Source of the DNA: a virus | Reading direction: 5' to 3' (one strand) | IMG/VR virus record: IMGVR_UViG_3300036715_001865 | Span: 1 to 64,000 of that record | Length of the DNA stretch: 64,000 bases | Shown here: one piece after another, positions 55,447 through 64,000 of the stretch | How positions within the stretch are numbered: position 1 is the stretch's first letter | Layout: each line of letters starts with the position of its first letter | The notes under the pieces: model-generated | Databases searched by the model: none | Told to the model about the DNA's origin: nothing | The model's input: the letters and a program-made list of their open reading frames with translations, nothing else | Translations under genes and position numbers: made by a program

Positions 55447-56082
55447 TTATTTTTTTACAAACAACCCTGTTGATAACCATTTCAGTATTTCTTTTTTAAG
55501 GTATTGTTGTGCTGCATCGTCATGTTGAACATGTTCAGATAAGGTCATAATACTATGTCCATTCTTTGCTTGTTGTAATGATTCATAAATGCTACCAGGA
55601 TACGCTTCAGGTGCAGATGGTTGAGCAACAATATCAACAGTAATAAACTGAAATCCAGTTACACCACCACTTTCATTAACATTACCAGCACCTCTACTTG
55701 ATACTCCAACTTTAACATCATTTTTAATCAACTCTTGAGCAATACTACCCATTGGAGTGTTTAATAATTTTGCTTTACCGTATGCATTGTTGTCCTTCAT
55801 CCACATTTCTGTAATAACATGAGATACTCGGTCTAAATTAATTTGTAATGATTGTGGATGATCTAATTCACCCATGATTCCATTTTGTTCCATAATTCTA
55901 GCTTTTGTTCCATGTACAGCTGCAGCAATTTCTGATAATTGGTATTCTCTACCATTACGGTTTTTAACACCAGCCATCATCATAATTCCATTTAGCCATA
56001 AATGTTTTCCATCATTTACAGATTCTGTAATAAGTCTACATTCTGATGGGTATAGTTCTTCTATTAATATTTGGGCTGCCAT
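55447..56082 (-). CDS. gp21: Prohead protease
   Basis: NRNGR.Y, GELDHP, L.RVSH.IT, GVSSRG.G, DIVAQPSAP.A. Confidence 0.93.
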   Translation of the reverse strand: MAAQILIEELYPSECRLITESVNDGKHLWLNGIMMMAGVKNRNGREYQLSEIAAAVHGTKARIMEQNGIMGELDHPQSLQINLDRVSHVITEMWMKDNNAYGKAKLLNTPMGSIAQELIKNDVKVGVSSRGAGNVNESGGVTGFQFITVDIVAQPSAPEAYPGSIYESLQQAKNGHSIMTLSEHVQHDDAAQQYLKKEILKWLSTGLFVKK

Positions 56083-56166
56083 TTTTGGGCTCCTTTGTGA
56101 TAATTTATATTGTACATATTTATAAGTCCTATTAAATTATGAGAGGTTTCTGTTATCGATAGGCAC

Positions 56167-56208
56167 AAAAAACCCCCTATGGTAGGTTATACCAGTAAGG
56201 GGGGTTTT

Positions 56209-56210
<2 letters not shown>
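56167..56210. terminator. Intrinsic terminator after the acidic core gene
   Basis: AAAAAACCCCCT...AGGGGGGTTTTTT, imperfect stem. Confidence 0.65.
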
Positions 56211-56541
<331 letters not shown>

Positions 56542-56724
56542 TTAAATGCTCCTATATAGGGGTTAATGTGTTCCACGTGAACGTATTGGTTACTATTATT
56601 TATGAAAGCGTGGTCATTATGTTTATTAATATTTATTAATACGAGGTGCATCCCACTATATGTGGGTATTCCCCTAGAAAATTAAGGTTAAAATTTTGTA
56701 TTAGATTAACCTTATTTTGTTGTA

Positions 56725-58389
56725 TTACTTAGCTGGAGGAGGTACTTCCGCAGCTGGTTCTGGTGTTGCTTCACCACCTTCCATTCCACCTATATCACCT
56801 TCCATTCCGCCCATATCACCTTCCATTCCAGGTAGACTTCCAGCCATCATGCCGCCACCCATTCCGCCCATGCCACCCATGTCCATAGCTCCTTCAGCTG
56901 GTGGAGGACCATACATAGTAAGGAAATCTTCTTTTGTTAATTTATCAGGATCCATACCCAATTCTTCTGCTCTTAATCGTTGGTTTACCAACACTTCTTC
57001 ATCAGTCAATTGTAAGTATTTGGTCATAGTAAATCGTTTAGATAAATGTTCTACACCATTTGCTTGGCTATATGTGCTCAATAAGTCATTATCTAATTGT
57101 TGTTGTCTGTAAATTCCAAAGTTTTCTGGTTCTGGTAATTTGATTCGAAAAATTGATGGGTCAGCATTTATTCCAGCATTTTTTAAATATCGTTTGAACT
57201 CACTATCCATAACACGAGAAATATAGTTTTGCAATCGTTTGATATACATTGCAAAACGTAATTCTTGGATATAAGCAACCCCAGATTTTCCATCATTAAT
57301 AACTGCGTTATCTTGTCCTTCTCTCATGTAGGACAATGGTATTCTTAATCCTCTAAACACCTTCCATTGGAAATATTCCAAATCAGCCAATTCTCCCAAC
57401 CCTTGACCACCAGGTAAAGTTTCTACTTTATTTCCCCTACCATCTGGACGTTGCGCAAAGAAAAAGTCTTCATTCATACTTTGTGGGTTATACACAGAGT
57501 CAACTTGGTCAACACCACCTCCCATGGTTGGGATTTTACGTTGTCGAATTTCATTTTTAATACCTTCCAAGTATGACTTTACTCGTTGTGGAGGCATTTT
57601 ACCAACATCAATATAGAATACACGGCGTTCTGGAGCACGTTGGATACGGTAAATAATAATAGCATCTTCCAATAATTCTTTTTGTTTTTGGGCTCTATAC
57701 ACTGCTCTAAGGATTGATTCTCCAAAAGGGGCAGATTCACCAATGTCATCATTTAGGGTAAACCAAATTACCTCATCAGCTGCAAATGTGTCAACTAATT
57801 CATTAGAGTAGCTACCCATCTGTCCAATTGGTTGGTTGTATGGAGAGTTTGGCACTTTAGTTTCGCGTTTAATTTGCCAACCAACAACTCTAGTCATATC
57901 TCTATCATCTACAATTGCTGCTACTACATTCTTAGCATTTACGTATTCCCACTTAGCTGTTTCTTTTGATCGAATGAAAAAGCAATCACCATACTTAATA
58001 GTAACTCTTGCAATTTTATACAATCTAATATTCCAATCATGTAAATCAGACCAATACCGCAATGAAGCTCGAAGTGTCATAACTATAGAACTTGGAATAT
58101 TTTGTTCCTTTTCATTTTCGATAACCAATTCTAGTGGTAGATCGCTATTGGGGTTTGAACCAATCATTTCTTCAGCTATAGTGTCCAAACTTCTACTGAT
58201 TTCGACATCATTATCCATAAGATCATATTCTCTATATCTGGTAAGTCGTGAAGCAGAACCTTGTACTAAGCGTTGATACCAAGTATAATTTGCATATACA
58301 CCTTGGTCACCAATGCTTTGACTGTCACTCATTGTAGTTATACCTGCCTTAGGTGTAACAATTTTAAAATAATCTTGTAGTTTGGACAT
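56725..58389 (-). CDS. gp20: Portal protein
   Basis: LEDAIIIYRIQRAPERRVFYIDVG.MP, EDFFF..R.DGRG..VETLPGG, L.IP.S; late promoter at 58429-58436. Confidence 0.96.
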   Translation of the reverse strand: MSKLQDYFKIVTPKAGITTMSDSQSIGDQGVYANYTWYQRLVQGSASRLTRYREYDLMDNDVEISRSLDTIAEEMIGSNPNSDLPLELVIENEKEQNIPSSIVMTLRASLRYWSDLHDWNIRLYKIARVTIKYGDCFFIRSKETAKWEYVNAKNVVAAIVDDRDMTRVVGWQIKRETKVPNSPYNQPIGQMGSYSNELVDTFAADEVIWFTLNDDIGESAPFGESILRAVYRAQKQKELLEDAIIIYRIQRAPERRVFYIDVGKMPPQRVKSYLEGIKNEIRQRKIPTMGGGVDQVDSVYNPQSMNEDFFFAQRPDGRGNKVETLPGGQGLGELADLEYFQWKVFRGLRIPLSYMREGQDNAVINDGKSGVAYIQELRFAMYIKRLQNYISRVMDSEFKRYLKNAGINADPSIFRIKLPEPENFGIYRQQQLDNDLLSTYSQANGVEHLSKRFTMTKYLQLTDEEVLVNQRLRAEELGMDPDKLTKEDFLTMYGPPPAEGAMDMGGMGGMGGGMMAGSLPGMEGDMGGMEGDIGGMEGGEATPEPAAEVPPPAK

Positions 58390-58466
58390 TCTATAGTTGC
58401 CTTTTGATGTGTATAAGTTTATATTATGTATTTATATCGACTATTGGGAAGGTTAAAATCAACCAT

Positions 58467-60854
58467 CTATATCATAGTATTATAAGTAGCACTAAATGAA
58501 GCATCTGTTGATCTCAATCTTGATGCAGCAGATGCTCGTTGTTCTTGAGTCATGGTTAATATGGCCAATTGTTTTTCTGATAATTCAACCAACTTAACAC
58601 TATTAGTTTGAATGACACTAAGTAAATCATTCGATAACTCCATATTTTTTAATTGAGTTGTTATACCAGTATTAGTTGACTTAGCTTCCACCAAGTGGTC
58701 TGTTGCAAGTTGTTCAGCTTTTGTTGGTTGAGATTTAGATGCTGGCTGGGCTGTTCCATCTGGTCCCAACCCTGGATTCGCAACTACAAATGCATTATAT
58801 TTTGTGTTAATTTCAGCATTGAATTTATCTGTTTCTTGTTTAGTTTTTGCTGCAGATTCTTTTGATTTTTGTAGCATCTCAACGATCTGTTCATTTGATT
58901 TGCCTTGAGCCTGCATTGCTATAATATTATCTTTATATTGCTTAGCTTCTGCGTCAGCTGTTTTTTTATTACTAGTGTTGGCATCTTCCTGGTCAGCAGC
59001 TGATTTAACCCCAGTCCAACCTTGAGTTAGTCCACCTAGTGTTTTTAAATATTGAGCTGTGGAATTTGCTGAAGAAGTAGGTGCAGAAGAAGAAGAAGAA
59101 GATGAGGCAGGGGTAGCCATACCTGGGGGTGTATCACTATTACCTCCAAATAATTTATTTCCTATAGCACTTAATACAACACCACCAGGTATTACCGATT
59201 TTAATGCAGTGGTTAATGCTGTTACAACCTGGTCAGCAACACCTGGTTCATGACCAGCAGTGATTAGTTCAGAAATCCCCATCCCTATTCCAGCCATTAT
59301 TATGGTTCCGTCGACAATACTTTTCCACATATGTACTGCAATATCTGCCACATTATTAACTGCTACAGCAACTGAGGTTGAACTTGACTGATACATAGTC
59401 CCAATCTTTTCCAGAGTTACCTCATTGGTGGCCGCTAATGTGGTTGAGAAAGGACTTCCAGTTCCAAACATTTCCTCTGTATTGGTTGCGCCCATTACAG
59501 ACGATGCCATGATAGAACCTATCATACTTCCACCCATACTATCTAACTTATTTGTTAATTCTGTTCCACGTTCCTGCATTGCTGCTTTATTCTGTTTATT
59601 TGGGGTTTTAGATAATTCATCAGCAAATGCACCCGCTTGCGAACCCATCCCAATCGCAGCACCTAATGCTCTTATTTTAGCAGCCTGTCTTAATCTATCT
59701 AACGGTTTTTGTGAACCTAATTTATTCAACATCTTGGCAGCATTACTAGCCTGTTCAGCACTCATACCCAGGGCTACATTATTCTTTAATAATGCTCGTT
59801 GATTTGCTAAAATAGATTCACGCTCATCCGCTCTTGCTGATTTCAATATAGTTAGTGCATCAGTATCTCCAACAATACCATCAATCATGGAATTAATAGC
59901 AGTTGCACTCATACCTGTTTGTCTAGCTAATGTATCCAAATCTTTATTGTATGCCAACATTGTAGCTTTAGTTGGTTTAACACCCTTTTCAGCAAAACTA
60001 GTTAATATTCCTATGTTTCCTCTTATAGAATCCTCAAGGCTACCATAATACATCCTCATTCCCATAATAGAACTCTCAGTTGTATCAATAGCCTTCCTCA
60101 TCCCACCCATCGCATTAACAGTTTGGCGATTTTGAGCCATTATTTCCAATACTTGTCCAGCATTAGTACCCATAGCAGTACTAAATTGTAAAATCCAAGA
60201 ATTTAAACTTCCGTCAAAATCCCCCAAAGTTGCTTCAATCACACCCGCTGATTTTGTGCCAGCATCCATAAATGTTTTTTGGTAAGTTGCGGCCATACTA
60301 CCGAGAGTAACTAAAGCACCTACTAATTTAAATAACCCACCAGTAGCTGTTCCTAATGCCCCACCAAATCCTTGCAAATCTGCAGTTGCTCGTTGTTGTT
60401 CTGCTCTGGCTGCTCTTAAATCGTTGCGAGTATCTAATCTATTTCGCACAGAAGCACGGCGGTTATCTCGTGCGTTATCTACCTCAATTTGTGCAGCTGC
60501 TTGCTCTGTTGCAGTTGTAGCAGCAGCTAACTTTGCTCTTGCATCTCTCTCTGCTCGTAACAATCTCTCTGCTTCTTTATTCTCTCGATTTAATCTAGCT
60601 ATGAGTTGAATCTCATCACGCTTTGCCTTTAACAATTCTTGTTGAGCTTTGCGTTGATCTTTTGTCGCTTTTGTCTGACGCTGAAAAGAGTCTTCTAAGT
60701 CTGCTAAACTTCTATTTGCAGTTCTTAGAGATTGTGAATAATCATAGCTATCTCGTATAGAACCGGATTGAGATGCAGCTAAGTTTCTCATTCCCTCTGT
60801 TAATGCTTTTATTTGTGCTGTTAGGGCTAACATTTCTGCTGATGTGGCTGACAT
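58467..60854 (-). CDS. Tape-measure-like / baseplate hub protein
   Basis: 795 aa, Ala-rich and helical, with hydrophobic segments; divergent from the gp26/gp51-like pair. Confidence 0.5.
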   Translation of the reverse strand: MSATSAEMLALTAQIKALTEGMRNLAASQSGSIRDSYDYSQSLRTANRSLADLEDSFQRQTKATKDQRKAQQELLKAKRDEIQLIARLNRENKEAERLLRAERDARAKLAAATTATEQAAAQIEVDNARDNRRASVRNRLDTRNDLRAARAEQQRATADLQGFGGALGTATGGLFKLVGALVTLGSMAATYQKTFMDAGTKSAGVIEATLGDFDGSLNSWILQFSTAMGTNAGQVLEIMAQNRQTVNAMGGMRKAIDTTESSIMGMRMYYGSLEDSIRGNIGILTSFAEKGVKPTKATMLAYNKDLDTLARQTGMSATAINSMIDGIVGDTDALTILKSARADERESILANQRALLKNNVALGMSAEQASNAAKMLNKLGSQKPLDRLRQAAKIRALGAAIGMGSQAGAFADELSKTPNKQNKAAMQERGTELTNKLDSMGGSMIGSIMASSVMGATNTEEMFGTGSPFSTTLAATNEVTLEKIGTMYQSSSTSVAVAVNNVADIAVHMWKSIVDGTIIMAGIGMGISELITAGHEPGVADQVVTALTTALKSVIPGGVVLSAIGNKLFGGNSDTPPGMATPASSSSSSSAPTSSANSTAQYLKTLGGLTQGWTGVKSAADQEDANTSNKKTADAEAKQYKDNIIAMQAQGKSNEQIVEMLQKSKESAAKTKQETDKFNAEINTKYNAFVVANPGLGPDGTAQPASKSQPTKAEQLATDHLVEAKSTNTGITTQLKNMELSNDLLSVIQTNSVKLVELSEKQLAILTMTQEQRASAASRLRSTDASFSATYNTMI

Positions 60855-60979
60855 ATTCGAATCCTACTATGTTTAAAGATATATTAGTTATTTAGTAGAT
60901 TTCACCATAGTACCCCCACCGTTGTTTTTTCGTGTTTTTAGGGTAAAATGTATTAATATTATAAAATTAGGGGAATATC

Positions 60980-61258
60980 ATGAAAAACATACACAATGTA
61001 GGTGCAGCTGTTGGGAATATGGCTATAGGGTCAATTATGGTCTATATTGTCGCAATTATAAGTCCTATTGCTGGGATTGCTTTTGTATTTGTAATGAATA
61101 AGTATTTTCCAAATGTGGAAGTGTCTGGATGGGTTGCTGCTGTAGCTGTTGGATTGGTAGTATTAGATATTCTGCGTTCTTTAGTTGGAACTGTTAATTT
61201 TATTGCAATCTGTGTGTTGTTAGGTGTGTGTATTATATTTTCAAATATGCGATTTTAG
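60980..61258 (+). CDS. Small multi-TM membrane protein
   Basis: Three hydrophobic helices in 92 aa; GGGGA RBS. Confidence 0.65.
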   Translation: MKNIHNVGAAVGNMAIGSIMVYIVAIISPIAGIAFVFVMNKYFPNVEVSGWVAAVAVGLVVLDILRSLVGTVNFIAICVLLGVCIIFSNMRF

Positions 61259-61319
61259 TTGAAATTCCCCTGCTTTACCTGTAACATAAATACTGGTTTA
61301 CTATCATAGGAATTACAAC

Positions 61320-62144
61320 ATGAAGAAAACCGATCCTCAAGAAATTAATGTATTTGTTCCAAATCCATTGATGGCCGCATTAAGAATCCCTGGTGAATCT
61401 TTTCGATTACCATCTCAGGGACTATTTTATTCAGATGATGATGGTATATTTGATGAATCTGTGAAGAATGGTGAAGTTGAAGTATATCCAATGACTACAA
61501 TCGATGAAATCATTATCAGCACCCCTGATAAATTATTATCAGGAAAAGCTATTGTGGAAGTATTTCAACACTGTATCCCACAAATACTAAAACCAGATAA
61601 ATTACTAGCAAAAGATGTTGATTTTTTGATGGTGTGTCTACGGATGGTATCCTTTGGTCCAACCATGGAAGTTGTATACACTCATGATTGCAAAGATGCA
61701 AAACAACACACATATGTGGTTGATTTACAATCTATTATTCGACAAGCAAAGACTATCGATCCAACCACTATTGCTACAGAATATTCAACAACATTATCCA
61801 ACGGCCAAGTTGTAACATTACAACCAATGACATTTGGTGATGTCATTGATTTATATCAAACCACCTCATTACCAAAATCATCAGATGACAATCCTGAAGA
61901 AACTGTGAAAATGTTAGCAAAGACACTTACCGGTGTTATTAAAGACGTGAATGGAGTTACTGATAAATCACAAATTATGGAATGGGTTGCTGGTATATCT
62001 CTTGGCCACAAGAAACAAATACAAGAAACAGCTCATATGTTAAGTAATTGGGGTGTGGATATGATATCAATGCAAGAATGTAAGGATTGTCATGAAGAAA
62101 CAGAACTTCGGGTATCAGCTAATCCCGTAAGTTTTTTTTCATAA
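61320..62144 (+). CDS. gp26-like baseplate hub assembly protein / tail assembly chaperone
   Basis: LPSQG.FY, V.PMT..DE, D.D.L...LR..S.G, C..C zinc pairs; ends NPVSFFS; CATAAATA at 61285-61292. Confidence 0.7.
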   Translation: MKKTDPQEINVFVPNPLMAALRIPGESFRLPSQGLFYSDDDGIFDESVKNGEVEVYPMTTIDEIIISTPDKLLSGKAIVEVFQHCIPQILKPDKLLAKDVDFLMVCLRMVSFGPTMEVVYTHDCKDAKQHTYVVDLQSIIRQAKTIDPTTIATEYSTTLSNGQVVTLQPMTFGDVIDLYQTTSLPKSSDDNPEETVKMLAKTLTGVIKDVNGVTDKSQIMEWVAGISLGHKKQIQETAHMLSNWGVDMISMQECKDCHEETELRVSANPVSFFS

Positions 62145-62368
62145 TGCTTAAATCAGGTACTCCACAAGATATTAGGAGTATGTTTGATAATATGGGAAGA
62201 GAAAGAAAACGGCTGGTTAAATCTGTTATTCAATTGGTTTATTTTATGAGAGGCTCTGTTCAATATGACCATATGATGAATATGTCATTAATTGAACGTG
62301 AGATGATAAGTGAATTTATTGAAAATAGATTAGAAGTCGAAGGAAAGAAAATGTATCCCGTTTATTAA
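62144..62368 (+). CDS. gp51-like small assembly protein (possible -1 frameshift extension of the upstream ORF)
   Basis: Y..MMNMSL.ERE....FIE.R motif; starts in a TAATG overlap. Confidence 0.65.
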   Translation: MLKSGTPQDIRSMFDNMGRERKRLVKSVIQLVYFMRGSVQYDHMMNMSLIEREMISEFIENRLEVEGKKMYPVY

Positions 62369-62405
62369 TATCTGATTTAAGCACATTAATCACATCTAAC
62401 TACGT

Positions 62406-62456
62406 AACTCACCTAATTAAATCACAACTCAGAGTTGTGATTTAATTAGGTGAGTT
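62406..62456. repeat. Perfect inverted repeat with 25-bp arms and a 1-nt centre
   Basis: AACTCACCTAATTAAATCACAACTC-A-GAGTTGTGATTTAATTAGGTGAGTT. Confidence 0.95.
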
Positions 62457-62707
62457 GTTTACTAATCAACAAATAATATCTGCTTTTAAAACATATCCCT
62501 GCCCCCACATTAACGCAGTTGATTGGAAGTACCTGGCGACATGAATATCACATGTTTATTATATTTAACTATAGTTGACATCGCTCCTAAGTGGGTCAAA
62601 CTTTATAGGCATCATCCTAAAGGCTCGTTAAGTGCACATAGGTGCTCTTCTGTTCCCTCTTCACCGATAGGTCTGGTTTATCGGTTGCGTTGCGCGAAAT
62701 TACAACT

Positions 62708-63205
62708 TTATGCGTTATGTAGTGGCTCTATAGACAATCCTGATTTAGCAATAAAGTAACTATCTACTATATCATATAAACCAGTTGTCTTTTTTACCCC
62801 TGAAGACAAAAAAAGATTTTGTGTGTTTATGGGTAAAACTTCAAATAAATCTTGTTTTTTTGTTTTTCCTTTAGTTTTACCAAGTGCTAATTTCTTAACA
62901 GCAGTTGGTGCTATAATATTACATATTATAGGTCTAAAAGAATCGACAATTAAAAATTGAAGGCCAGCTAATTGTCTTGTTGCATTACCAACACCACCAA
63001 AAGCTAATCCTTCAATACAAACTGTTTTAATGTTGTTATTATCAGCTATTTCTTTTAATTTGTCAACAACGATTCTAGCTCGGTGGTATATATCTCCATC
63101 TTCTATGGATGTTTTAATTGTACCAAAATTTAATATGTCCCCTTCAGGGGTGAGCACACAAAATCCAGTACAAGTAAAACTCTGATCGATGCCTAATATA
63201 TTCAT
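62708..63205 (-). CDS. ruvC: RuvC-like Holliday junction resolvase
   Basis: ILGIDQS..CTG, CIEG, P..VKK...G...KK.D, D..DSY.IA; RNase H-fold acidic residues. Confidence 0.85.
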   Translation of the reverse strand: MNILGIDQSFTCTGFCVLTPEGDILNFGTIKTSIEDGDIYHRARIVVDKLKEIADNNNIKTVCIEGLAFGGVGNATRQLAGLQFLIVDSFRPIICNIIAPTAVKKLALGKTKGKTKKQDLFEVLPINTQNLFLSSGVKKTTGLYDIVDSYFIAKSGLSIEPLHNA

Positions 63206-63240
63206 ATGCTTATTCCAGTTAAAGGTATATGTATATAGTA

Positions 63241-63993
63241 TTACCCATAACTAAATGAAACTCGTCCAGGTTGTCCATTAGTTCCTGGTCCTAATCTTCC
63301 ATCTCCACCATTCCCACCTACTGGTGCTGGATTTCTGCCACCATATATTGGACCAATCCATCCATACCCCAAGTAATCTGGGGAAGAACCTCTCCCACCT
63401 GGTTGCCCATTAGGGTTACCACCAACACCACCAAATCCATACTGTATACCTGGTTGCCCACCTTCCACTCTTACCAATTCAGCCCCTGTTGTATTATCAA
63501 ATATACCAGATTGCCCTCCCGCTACACCAGCAATAAATTGTACTGGATTGCCATTAGAGTCAAAATTGAACACATAATTACCATTGAATCGATAGGAGGC
63601 ACCCCATCCAACTTGGCCAACATCTATTCGAAGAATTTGGCCAGGAGTAACAGCCACACCCCAAGGGCCAAGCCATCCACCTGATCCACCCCCACTACCA
63701 ATCCAAGCATCTCCATCACTATAACAAGCACCAGCACCACCACCACCACCCCAAATATAATCAATAGAGAGGTAAGTAATATCCCAAGGAACAACCCACC
63801 AATATGAACCAGGCACATCATATAACATATATCCAGGAGCGGTAGGTGGTGGATCAGGTGGCCAATGCTTTGTCCACGCGCCACCTAAATTATGATGCAC
63901 CTTGGAACAAGGATACCAAACTCCCCCAATATTTTTAAATACTGCTCGGGGAACTGCCCAGTTCCCCCATTTGTTCAATAATAAACTAGCCAT
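63241..63993 (-). CDS. Glycine-rich tail-fibre-like protein
   Basis: WVVP..IT.L.I..IWGGGGGAG...GSGGGSGG...V.PGQ...I.VG glycine-rich domain. Confidence 0.65.
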   Translation of the reverse strand: MASLLLNKWGNWAVPRAVFKNIGGVWYPCSKVHHNLGGAWTKHWPPDPPPTAPGYMLYDVPGSYWWVVPWDITYLSIDYIWGGGGGAGACYSDGDAWIGSGGGSGGWLGPWGVAVTPGQILRIDVGQVGWGASYRFNGNYVFNFDSNGNPVQFIAGVAGGQSGIFDNTTGAELVRVEGGQPGIQYGFGGVGGNPNGQPGGRGSSPDYLGYGWIGPIYGGRNPAPVGGNGGDGRLGPGTNGQPGRVSFSYG

Positions 63994-64000
63994 TGTGCGT

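Overview
This is a 64-kb segment of a strongly AT-rich, T4-like (jumbo-type) myophage genome, read mostly on the minus strand in the standard genetic code. Bases 1-8.2 kb hold a replication/recombination block: GroES-like protein, a stand-alone DnaE-like fragment, UvsW, UvsY, an RlaP-type nucleotidyltransferase, UvsX and gp32 SSB. Next come a late porin / periplasmic protein / membrane protein triad and a ~15-kb tail-fibre cluster. The core virion module follows: terminase, tube initiator, tube, sheath, neck, major capsid, scaffold, protease, portal, a tape-measure-like protein, a gp26/gp51-like pair and RuvC. Exact T4 late promoters (TATAAATA) precede many structural genes. The most striking non-standard element is a family of six free-standing selfish nuclease ORFs wedged between essential virion genes. 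Five of them end in a GNAT/Mom-like domain, fused to an intact Vsr-like nuclease in four and to an HNH plus degenerate Vsr in the fifth. All six carry a sigma70-type promoter with 17-bp spacing. In four, the -10 box overlaps the upstream arm of a hairpin that hides the RBS, predicting early-on/late-off control, the inverse of T4 I-TevI. Several junctions preserve fossils of earlier occupants: a synonymously recoded 47-codon copy of the neighbouring baseplate gene joined to a tube-gene 3' end, a 75-bp duplicated leader, and an out-of-frame HNH tail. Other candidates are a -1 frameshift joining the gp26-like and gp51-like ORFs, three proteins with T4-like capsid-targeting N-termini, a 25-bp-arm palindrome near ruvC and a possible structured ncRNA. 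All family assignments come from motif reading by eye, not database searches.
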